64,000 nt of DNA, from NCBI GenBank assembly GCA_951406725.2, contig OX597827.1:81840001-81904000 (forward strand), in the 5' to 3' direction. Positions 52,579-64,000 of this stretch are shown piece after piece. Numbering within the stretch: the stretch's first letter is position 1; each line of letters begins with the position of its first letter. Source of the stretch: Octopus vulgaris. Lineage: Eukaryota. Under the pieces are notes generated by a model. It made no database searches and was not told where the DNA came from. It was given only the letters and a program-made list of their open reading frames with translations. The position numbers were made by a program, and so were the translations under genes.

Positions 52579-53711
52579 GGTGTTGTTGTAACAGTTTATT
52601 ATGATATTGAAAAAATAATCTTAAAGAAGACGAATACTAATAAAACTGCATATATCACCAGTTACTGCTCCATTTGACATCAGGACCCATATAAAATGTT
52701 CCACAGCCCCTCAAACACCACTGCCACTCTGAGAAATCCTATGTTGGAGATGTTATCTGAAATGGACTGGTTACCAATCCTTGTGGATTGTAATCTCTCC
52801 TCACAATATTTATATAGCTGACAATTATTCTGTATCAATTCAGTATGTACAAATGTCAAAGGGGTTATTTATTATTGTTACACCTGTGAAAGACTTCTGC
52901 CAGGGGTGTATTATTTCACATCGATTTCATATTATGGAAATGCAGCTGAGCAGCAATGCCTAAAACCTTTCTGTAACTTAGGGATCACTTATAATATCAT
53001 GAGAGACACGAGCAACCTAAAGAGTTAATAACATCTCAATTTTCTTGCTTGCTCTTCTAGAAACAACAACCAAATCTTCCTCAGATCTATATAAAAAGGC
53101 ACATTGTATTGTGTAGTCTTTGATACACTGTATCTAAGAGCAGACTGGATGATCGTAGCAGAAACACTTTTGCTCGGCCTAAACAACAGCAGCAACTATA
53201 ACAATAATGTGTAAGAGACATCAATAGGAATTTTTGTTTTAAGGGCAACATGATGGCAAAAATGTAGGGGCCTGTTATTTAGTTATGTCTTATTTATCAT
53301 TTAAATCTGTGAGTAATTTTCATACCCTTTTATCCAACCAGGGCTGCATCTTCCCTTTTTATCCTTCCTGTGGGGTGGAATCAATAGAAAAAGTAAAAGT
53401 TGAAAATGTGTATTTCTTTTCCAATGATTTAGTTAGCATGATGAAGGGCAGGGCCCGTGGTTCCTCTCCAAGATGGGTCAGGGGTCTTTGATTCTTTATA
53501 GAAACTTCAAGACAGGTATGCGTACAAGGGAGAACTTATCCTTACCCAGAAGCCCAATTCACATGCTTCCAACAAGGCAAACCCTGCTAAAGGCAATTAA
53601 GGATAAGGTGTGGGGCCTAGTATCAAACTATATGTCACCTTTCACCTCAAACTGTTTGGTTTTCTACCAATGCCAAAAGCCAGCATTGGCGTTCATTCAT
53701 GAAACAGAATA

Positions 53712-53880
53712 GGCATAGGAGTGGCTGTGTGGTAAGTAACTTGCTTATCAACCACATGGTTCCGGGTTCAGTCCCACTATGTGGCACCTTGGGCAAGTGC
53801 TTTCTACTATAGGCTTGGGTCGACCAAAGCCTTGTGAGTGGATTTGGTAGACGGAAACTGAAAGAAGCCTGTCATATATA

Positions 53881-53922
<42 letters not shown>

Positions 53923-54131
53923 CATATATGTTTGTGTATCTGTGCTTGTCCCCCCAACATCAATTGACAACCAATGCTGGTGTGTTTACGTCCCCGTAAT
54001 CTAGCAGTTCAGCAAAAGAGACTGATAGAATAAGTACTAGGCTTACAAAGAATAAGTCCTGGGGTCGATTTGCTCAACTAAAGGTGGTGCTCCAGCATGG
54101 CCACAGTCAAATGACTGAAACAAGTAAAAGA
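53712..54131 (+). mobile_element. SINE family B, best-preserved copy
   Basis: A-box TGGCTGTGTGG, B-box-like GGTTCAGTCCC, CORE-like CACCTTGGGCAAGTG, internal (TA)n and CR1-like tail. Confidence 0.92.
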
Positions 54132-55034
54132 GTAGAATGAGAGAATTAATTTTTGTTAGTGCTATGGAGAAGCTTATTGTTTGGGACCCAGCATATTACT
54201 GGTACTAACTCAACTCTAATGTGATTTGAGGGCGCAACATCTTTAGTTTGCCTTGCTGATACAGAAACCATGGCCACCACCACTACCTCCTCCCCCTCCT
54301 TATCTACCGCCACAGATTAGTGGTGTGCCATAGTATACTGGTGTGTCACAATAGACTCATGTACAATAGTGTGCTTGTGTGCCATAGTGCCCTGCTGTGT
54401 CATGGTGCAATGATATGCACTTTTGTGCCGTGGTACTCTACTGTGCCACAGTGCAATGGTGCTGTACAAATTTTAAAAAATATAAGTCTTCATCAAATGC
54501 CAATGAATGTTTGATAAAATTTGGAATAATTTGTTGCTTCATAAAATCAAACACATTTATGATAAAAAACAAGATAAACAATAGTTGGCTTTTTTTTTCC
54601 TGAATTTTTAACTGTTGGAATATTGTTGTTTTCTTTAAATATTCCAAGGGAACGGCCCCAAAATGATTCCGTTTCATCTCCAATTTCACACAATTTTCAT
54701 ATTATAAGAATTTCTCTCCCTGTCAAAAATGCTACCCCCCCCCCCCGCTATCTCTCATGAAACAAATTGATTCTACTTTTAAACTGTTTATACTCACTAA
54801 TTACTCTATAAAAGATTTGATTCCTACTCATTAATTACTGACAAGGACCATAATGAATTGCCTTCGATCCTACTAATTAGAATTTCTGGGACACTCTGCT
54901 ACTGCAACCATCGCTATCTAAACAGGGATCTGTGTGTTTTGGTGAAGCATCAGCTTTTATTGCTTCCTCACCGTATTTGGTATCAAGCGCCACCAGAAAC
55001 CGTTCTCAGTGACACTTGAAGTATTTCCTAGTTT

Positions 55035-55426
55035 TATCTTTCATCTTTTACTTGTTTCAGTCATTATATTGTGGCCATGCTGGGGCACAAAGAATTCCTC
55101 TGAGTTGAATAAATTGACCCACCCCACCCCACCCACTATGTTTCTTTTCTTTTTTTTCTTTTCAGCCCATTACTTATTCTGTTGGTCTCTTTTGCTAAAT
55201 TGCTCAGTTATGGGGGATGTAAACACTGACACCAGTTGACAAGTGGTGGTGGTGGTAGGGGAGACACACACATCCCCACATACAACAGGCTTCCTAGAGT
55301 TTCCATCTACCAGATCCACTCACAAGGCTTTGGTTCATCCCAGGCTATAGCAGATGTGTCACACAGTGGGACTGAACCCAGAACCATGTAGTTGGGAAGC
55401 AAATGTCTCACCTCACAGCCATGCCT
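55035..55426 (-). mobile_element. SINE family B
   Basis: Reverse-complement homology to family B. Confidence 0.82.
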
Positions 55427-57584
55427 ATTCTTATTGTTCACTAAGTTTGCCAATTTCTTTCACTTCCGAAACCCTTCTTATAGAATTAATTAATTTCTGC
55501 CATTTCACTCACTCATTACCAGATTTTGATCTTTATTACATTTCTAATATTTATTAAAATGTTATAATGTAGGGTGAACATTATAGTGTCCATGCTAAGA
55601 AGAGAAGGCCATCAAAGGAAAGATGGAGAGACCCTTTGAAAACATTCCTTGTTATATTGACCAGAGGCAGTGTTCTGTTATGGACACCGATACAGGTCCC
55701 TGGGTAAAGCAATGCACTAGGATTCCAATATACACAACCACAACATACATAGGTTAGGGTTGTGCTCTTAGGCTTGTGGGACTCCAGGCATAAGGCAGTG
55801 CTCATGACTTGTTGCAGGGCTTCTGGGACTGATGAGAGGAGGGGGAGGGGCCAGAGACCAGATATGAATGATTGTGACAGAATGGACTCTGCTAGGAAAT
55901 GGTGCTGAACTTGGATGTGGGTTTGATCTACCACCTAAGTAGGCCATAGAGAAATTTGAACTCAGAACTCAAAGAACCAGAATAAGAATAAGAATAATAA
56001 TAATAATAATAAAAGCACAAGATATCTGGTCCCAAAAACACATGTACATATCTATGTACATGTGCACAGAGACAAGCCAAGATATAACTTAGCACAACAG
56101 GGGCAGTGACTGGACATCTTTAAGATCATTGGTTTTTGTATATATTCAGTTTTGTTTATTTAATTATTCATGTTTTGAGGTCTATCCCATGCCTTGGAAT
56201 GTTACTTTATTGTCAATTCAGAAAGGATGCAAGGCAAAGTTGACCTGAGCATGGTTTGAACTCAGAGAACAAACACCACAAAGCCTTCTGTTTGATGCTT
56301 AACTGACTCTACCAATTTAATGCCTGACCAGTCGTTAATTGACCTCTGTAAGGTCACCATTCACTTACAACTCTCTTCAGGAGAATTGTGTTGTTTGACA
56401 CAGAGCATCAAGAAGACATTGTAGGGGAGACAACTCAACTTGACCATATCATACTAATCCTTGAATATCTGTGTTCTCACTCTAGTACCGTTTGTTGTTG
56501 TTTTTGTTTAGCCCTAGGTCAGTTTGACACAGTCTAACACATATGATGACAAAGAATCCTTCTAAGACCATCTCACATTATATATATATATATATATATA
56601 TAGGTATATCTAGGTGTACATTATCTATTGTGTCAGCCTTGATCCAATAAATTTTTAATCAAAGACATTCCAGCCATGACAATTTCACCTTCTATTTTGA
56701 CACAATTTATCTAAGACTACATTGCCCGATGTGTCCATTCTTTCAAGACAGTAGTCTGTGGGCTGAGGGAGCTGTTTGTTGCTGTTGTTGTTTAACCCTA
56801 AGTCAACCTTGATTAGTCAAAGACATTCCAACCAAGGCCATCTTGTTCTGTTAGGGTTTCTAGGGCTAAATTATTTAATTTGTCCTTTTCTTTCACAAGA
56901 GTGTATGTTATGATGTGAAGGAGATTTAGCTGTTATGTCTAACGGGAAGTGGAGTGACTACATAGAGACTCCAAAAATACCTTACAGTAACTGTTTATAG
57001 AAATGTCTTGAAGAGAGCGAAACGGAGCTGGTTCTTTAAAATGGTAACACTGAAACTCTAAAAGATTGATTGGTTTTAAAACGTTTAGTGTTGATATCTT
57101 TCTGAAGAACATTAGAAATGCGCTGAAAGTGAACCGTTTTTCCTGAATTAAGTCTGATTAGAACCAAAGCAGAAAAGTTAACGGTTGGTGACTTATTAAC
57201 AACTACCTCTGACTCCAATTTATCATGGTGGGCATGGTTTGTGCAGAGCCAGTCCCACTCTCCTGTCCCCCAAACTTGTATTGATCTGGTGTAACAAATG
57301 CCAGGGGCCCAGTAGTTATCAGGATGCAGGATTTGTATGGAGTTACCTTCTCTTCGATGACCTATTAAAGAGCTGAAGGACCTCATTGGCCATGGGTCCA
57401 TTGGGGAGTCTGTGAGTGACCTTCCAGAGGCAGTCCTGTGACATGCTAATTAAGCCACAGTTGGGACCCTGACAAGTGCTACTACTCAAGATTAAAGTAG
57501 ATCCAGGGAACAATAATGGCTAAGAGCTTCTTTCACATTCCTCAAAACTTTGGCTTTGCAACTGGATGCAATTTAAAGTCCCCC

Positions 57585-57649
<65 letters not shown>

Positions 57650-57899
57650 CAGAGAGACACACATAATTACATACATAAATGTTTTTTTGTTTTTTTTTTC
57701 ATTCAGCTGTAAAAACAATTTCAAACTTATCTAAAGGATTACTTCATGCTTTTGTCAGAATACTAATAATTTGTTAAGAAGAATAGTATTGACTGTAACT
57801 TTCAAGTTTTGCCTAGCTAAGCCATCATCAGACTGTCCAATGATGACTTAGCTGTTCTTATTAATGAATAATATATGTATGTATATACATACATATGTA

Positions 57900-57991
<92 letters not shown>

Positions 57992-58111
57992 TATTTATAT
58001 ACAGAGAGAGAGGGAGAGGGAGACAGACAGACAGATAGAGAGGAGAGGTATATGGATGGATGGATGTATGGACAGATAGACAGGCAGTTAGAGAGAGAGA
58101 GACAGACAGAC

Positions 58112-58144
<33 letters not shown>

Positions 58145-58573
58145 TCAATAGCTACAAAGATTATGAAGTGTAAATTATGAAAGCTAAACATATTTCTCAA
58201 TATTTTTCCCTTTCACAGTCTTCCCTTGTCTTTTATATCTGACCATCTGTCTATTTACATGGATGTCTGTCTGTCCCCGAGGGCCCTCCTCCTCTCCCCC
58301 CCACCCAGCTACCCCCCCCCACAAATGGTGTGAGGTGAAAGAAAGGTGATGTGGGATGAAGAAAGTCCAAGATGGAGCTAGAGTGTCAGATCAGCTCATT
58401 GCATGTAAATATTAGAAATCAATGGCTACATGGAATTGATGTACGTTCACACACACACACAAACACATATCTATATGTATGAAAACTGCTTACAAATACA
58501 TATACACACAGAGAAGTACAATATCTAAGAAAGCAGTCAGACTGCTTGTATTGATACACACATACATGATCAC

Positions 58574-58631
<58 letters not shown>

Positions 58632-58652
58632 AGTGTACACACATACATGTCC

Positions 58653-58693
<41 letters not shown>

Positions 58694-58822
58694 TAGTTAG
58701 ATGGCTATATATATACACACACACACACACACATATATACACACACACATACATATACACACACACACACATACAGATATATGTAAATTTACACACTTAA
58801 CTTAGACTTACATACACACACT

Positions 58823-58836
58823 GTAGCCATGGTAAC
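58823..58836. promoter_or_regulatory. RFX X-box-like motif
   Basis: GTAGCCATGGTAAC fits GTNRCC-N(0-3)-RGYAAC; motif match only. Confidence 0.3.
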
Positions 58837-58990
58837 AATAACACAGGATTTAATCCAAGCAGAAAACCTAAACACATACATGTACATATATACACAAGTG
58901 TACGCACACACAGGTACACAACCAGTAAAATGGTTCTTACACTTGCACACATACACATATGAATAAAAGGATATCTCTATAAATACATAC

Positions 58991-59060
<70 letters not shown>

Positions 59061-60429
59061 ATGTATATATTTGTGTGTGTATGTATATATAATGCCCACA
59101 AACACACAATCACACATACCCTAGATGTAGCAGGGAGAGCTAGAGAGGGAGAAAATGTGTGTTTAAACCTGCTTCAGTCCACCCTCATCTACACCCATAC
59201 CCAGGACAATACGAATAGAAAAGATGAGGATGATGGAAAATATGCTTACACACGCTCACACGTTTATTCACACATACTCCTACACACACACACACGTAAA
59301 ACATGTTGATATGTAAAGAGACACATGCAGTTGGGTACACACTGATGGGTATACACGGACACACAGACAGGGTATATATATTAGAGCGAGCGAGCGAGAG
59401 AGAGGGGGGGAGATTTTGTCAATGGTGTGTATTTGGCCAAATGGAGAAAGAAACATGCAATTACAGACATGCACAGAAATCTATATACACACACTCACAC
59501 GTGTGTGTATATAGATTGATATAGAGTAAAACATGCTGTTGAGACAGACACACAGACACACACAAGAGACCTAGCTATGGTTTTCAGACCAACAGCACAG
59601 CTCCATAGAAACATTCACTGCAGCTGATCTCCTCCACTGACATGCATATATGCACACGACACCACAACCACCACCACAACCACCACCACAACCACGACCA
59701 TCACCACTTCTCACATGCACAGTCTAAATGCTAGAGGTGCAGGTCTGCAACTGCCTTCTCTCTCTGTGTTGCGTGTGTACCAGGGAAGTCGGAGAACACC
59801 ATCACCACCACCACCACCATCATCATCATTGTTGTCATCATCAGCATCACCATCAGCACCAGTTTAATACACCACTACCACAGCACCACCACAACACCAC
59901 TACACCACTACTGCCTGTACAGTAATGATACTGTCAAACCGTAGCAGCAGTTAGAAGAGAAGTTGTGAGATATGAATCTCCTGTCACAATTATCAATGAT
60001 GGACCGCTTTATGGAGGTAGGAACCAGTTTCTATTAAAACCCATCTGACCCCTATACAATAGGGATACAAGCCTGACCCTTTCTACCTGGCATTGTCTGC
60101 TCACCTATATACACACACACCTGTCTATGTATGTCTCTAATTGCCGAGCTAGCCACTTTGATAACAAACTCATCAGTTTTACCCACAGCTTTCTGACCAA
60201 ACCGGTAAGCCCTATATTGTTAACGCACTTGATTCAATATTACTGCAGTTTCCAATATTGCTGACTTAAGCAGTATATACACCCAGTCCCTGTCTGTGTG
60301 TATGCCTAAGTAATAGACATGCATATACATATCGGTGTGTGTATATAGAGAGACGGATATGTAAATAATCATCAATATATTTGCATGGAGTGGTTTACTA
60401 TATGCCTCCACAGTCAAATTGGAAATGGC

Positions 60430-60516
60430 ACTGTATGTGTGTGTGTGCGTGTGTGTGCGTGCGTGTATGTTTCTGTGTATGTATTTATGTATCTATGATA
60501 TGTGTAATATATATAC

Positions 60517-60554
<38 letters not shown>

Positions 60555-60661
60555 GTATATAGGTAATGCAAACATTACCTATTTATCTATCTATCTTTCT
60601 ATCTATATATATTTCTGAAGGTATGTATATATGCATATGTATATATCTAAATACATATATA

Positions 60662-60715
<54 letters not shown>

Positions 60716-60739
60716 ATATGTATATATATATATAATATG

Positions 60740-60814
<75 letters not shown>

Positions 60815-60846
60815 AAAATAATATGTATATGTATATAAAAATAATA

Positions 60847-60895
<49 letters not shown>

Positions 60896-60978
60896 GTATG
60901 TACATACACTCACTTTGATAAATTTAAGTATATACTCATATATATATAAGTTGTGTATATTTACATATTTATTCATAC

Positions 60979-61026
<48 letters not shown>

Positions 61027-61056
61027 TATATATATCTTATATATACATACAACATG

Positions 61057-61088
<32 letters not shown>

Positions 61089-61090
61089 TT
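60430..61090. repeat. Compound (TA)n/(TG)n microsatellite field
   Basis: Directly visible. Confidence 0.95.
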
Positions 61091-61864
61091 TACAATATTT
61101 TTGTTTATAGTATTTTATTGACCATTTCTAAATTGTTTCCGCTTGTTGTTTGAAGTTCTTTGTTGGGTATTTTATGAAATCGATATCATAGATGTGTGTA
61201 TATACACATATACACCCATACATGTGTGTATACATGTATGTGTTGGTTCCTCCACCAAGCAATGGCGGCAGCATCATTATACACACACATATACACACAC
61301 TCTGACATACTTTCATATACATACATGCACAGATAGAATTTTTACATAACATCTCTGTACGCATACACAAACATATATATCGGCACAAATCGACATATAT
61401 AATTGTGGATGTATATTTGTGTGTGTGTGTGTGTGTATATATATATACATACATACATATACAGAAAACACAAGCATGTGCATATATACACAGAGACATA
61501 TGGACGTATATATATCTATATATACATATGTATATGTATGAATGTATAATTTTGTATATCATTGTAAATTAGTAAAAAAGAGAGATACAGGTAAATTGCC
61601 CCAGGGTAGCTGTTGTAAATATATACGTATATATACATATATGTGTGAGTGTGTGTACGTGTATGCCTATATATATATTTGTATACACATATAAAGGCAC
61701 AGACATGTGTGTGAGCAGTTTGTGCCTAGCTTGTCATTTTAGATCTCTATGGTATACATGCATACATAAATATGTACATACATGCATAACAAGTTAACAT
61801 GTTGCAGGGAGAACATAGTCTATATATTATAGAAGTCAGCCTACAAGGCACACCACCAACACTT

Positions 61865-61913
<49 letters not shown>

Positions 61914-61944
61914 CAGTAATGAGAATGGTGTTGGTGGAGGTGGT

Positions 61945-62405
61945 GGTGGTGCCATGCTAGAGTCGTTGGAGTATGGGACGCATTTAATTATGACCCATTA
62001 CGTTCTTATTTCAAATTGTCCTGTGGTCAATGTTGGTTATCTGTGGTCATCTCTTTCGGGGTTGATAATATGAGGTACCAGTTGAGCCCTGGAGTAAATA
62101 AAATGAAATATCAGTCAATGTCATCTACTGGCCGTCTCCCTTCAAATTTCAAGCCTTGTTCATATATTAGAAACATTATTATTATTATTATTAAAGTGGT
62201 GAGCTGGCAGAATCATTAGCAGGCTGGCCAAAATGCATTGTGACACTTCGTCCATCTTTATGTTCTGAGTTCAAATTCTGCTGAGGTCGACTTTGCCTTT
62301 CATCCTTTCAGTGTTGATAAATTAAGTACCAGTTGCATACTGGGGTCAATCTAATCGACTGCCCCCTCCCCTAAAATTTCAGGCCTTGTGCCTATAGTAG
62401 AAAGG

Positions 62406-62440
<35 letters not shown>

Positions 62441-63005
62441 AGTGGTGAGCTGGCCAAAATGCATTATGGCATTTCGCCTGTCTATGTTCTGAGTTAAAAT
62501 TCTGCTGAGGTCAGCTTTGCTTTTCATCCCTTTAAAGGGGTCAATAAAATAAGTACCAGTTGAATACTGGGTTCAATGTAACTGGCTTCCTCTCCCTCTG
62601 AATTGTTGGCTCTGTACCAAAAGTTGATGAAATAGTTACCAGTTATGCACTGGGGTTGATGTAATTGAATAGCCCCACCCCCATCCTGCCAAATTCCTGA
62701 CCTTGTGTCAATAGTTGAAAGGATTCTTCTCCTACTTGTTGGTGTTGTTCTTCTTATCGTTATCATTATTATCATTATCGTTGTTGTTGTTGTTGTTGTT
62801 GTTGTTGTAAGGGTGGCATGCTGGCTTTGTGGCGTTTCTTCCATCTTTAAATTCTGAGATGAAATTTTGCTGAGGTTGATTTTGCCTTTCATCTTCCAGG
62901 GTTGATGAAATAAAAACCAGTCAAGGACTGCAATTCATGCAGTCAGCCTACCCCCACCTCTCAAAATTGCTACCCAATATTTGAAATGATTATTATTATT
63001 ATTAA
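61945..63005 (+). mobile_element. Head-to-tail array of four SINE family A copies separated by (ATT)n/(GTT)n
   Basis: Copies at ~61945-62174, 62193-62405, 62439-62725 and 62809-62987, with differing divergence. Confidence 0.85.
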
Positions 63006-63059
63006 CATATAGGTTATGTATGTGTATGTACTTTGTGTGTGTGTGTGTGTGTATCTTTG

Positions 63060-63865
63060 TATCAACTGACTGATGGGGGAAAATGTATGCAAGCTTATCT
63101 GTACATATGTGTGTGTGTGTGTATGTATGTAGGCACCCATTGGTTGATGGAGGAATAAAGTAAATGTGTGTTTGCGTGTGTGTGTGTGTGTGTGAGAACG
63201 TGTGTCCATTGGTTGATGGAGGTTAAATGTATGTGGATGTATGTGTATGTGTGTGAATGTGCATGATAGTCTGTGAGTTGAATGGTGGAGCATCACGTGT
63301 GTGTGTGTGTGTGTGTGTTGCATGATAGGGGATAATATTCATGTCTGTCTGTGTGTCTATTGATTGATAGAAAATCACGTGGGTATGGATATGGTGGATG
63401 GAGGAAAGTGTATGTGTGTGCATGCCCATTGCCTGATGGAGGAAAGTGTATATGTATGTGTATATATCCATGTGTGTGTGTGTCCATTGCTTAATGGAGG
63501 AATGTGTATGCGTTCATTGCACGACAAAGAATTTTGTGTGTCTGTGTGTCCATTACTTATTGCTGGATTGTATGTGTGTATATGTGGCTTTGACTAGGCT
63601 TGCGTGGGAGTGTGTGTGTATGTGTGCGCGTGTGTATGTGTAAAAATCGATTGCTAATGTATGCTGGAGTAACAGTTAAAAAATGTGTCACAGTGTATGA
63701 ATGCGTGTATGCATGTACGTATGTGCGTTCGAGTGTATAAATATGAGTGTGCGTATGTATATGTGTGTCTGTGTGTGGGAACAACTGTTACTTCCACTGA
63801 CTATTGGAGGATCGTGTAATGTGTTTGTATGTGTGTAGAATTTACGCCATTGTTAGTGGAGATCC
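63060..63865. repeat. Degenerate motif-plus-(TG)n minisatellite
   Basis: CCATTG(G/C)(T/C)TGATGGAGG-like motif at ~63137, 63206, 63426 and 63483, with weaker copies, separated by TG-rich spacers. Confidence 0.7.
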
Positions 63866-64000
63866 TTGCTCTCCCTCTCTCTCTCTCCCTTTCACTCGCC
63901 TGCTCTTTCTCTCTCTCTCGATAATTATATTTATATTTTCCTGTATATACGGGATGTATATATAAATGTATGAAGTGTAATTATTGAAGTCTTGTAATGC

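Noticed and set aside
59582-59604. TTCAGACCAACAGCACAGCTCC resembling the REST/NRSE site
   Set aside because: It needs gaps to align, and REST-type regulation is not established for this lineage.
59728-60050. His-rich ORF and the following YCQTVAAVRREVVRYESPVTIINDGPLYG with a GAG|GTAGG donor-like site
   Set aside because: Two in-frame stops separate them, there is no recognisable domain, and no convincing acceptor; only transcript data could rescue it.
63060-63865. CRISPR-like repeat-spacer array
   Set aside because: Eukaryotic context, degenerate repeats, irregular low-complexity spacers and no cas genes.

Overview
AT-rich, CpG-poor eukaryotic (animal) DNA made almost entirely of microsatellites ((TA)n, (CA)n, (TAA)n, (CAT/CAC)n) and interspersed repeats. 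The SINE families and composition look like an Octopus (coleoid cephalopod) genome; this is recognition from memory, not a database match. I find no convincing host protein-coding exon, and nearly all ORF-track entries are microsatellite or SINE read-throughs. Supported content: several tRNA-derived SINE families; a CR1-type LINE whose 3' tail matches one SINE family; an 11-kb pile-up of at least six co-oriented R4/Dong-type LINE fragments bounded by (TAA)n; two Penelope-like element (PLE) remnants; a deleted mariner; piggyBac-like and hAT MITEs; and a non-autonomous Helitron. The most interesting signal is a recurring head-to-head inverted architecture. A ~500-bp palindromic element at 52.05-52.55 kb joins two divergent tRNA-like Pol III heads to hammerhead-ribozyme-like cores. 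A ~420-bp fold-back at 24.3-24.7 kb has hammerhead cores in both arms, and a PLE at 40.2-42.8 kb has inverted terminal repeats. Together they suggest PLE-mobilised, ribozyme-bearing non-autonomous elements. All ribozyme copies here are mutated. Coordinates of decayed repeats are approximate.
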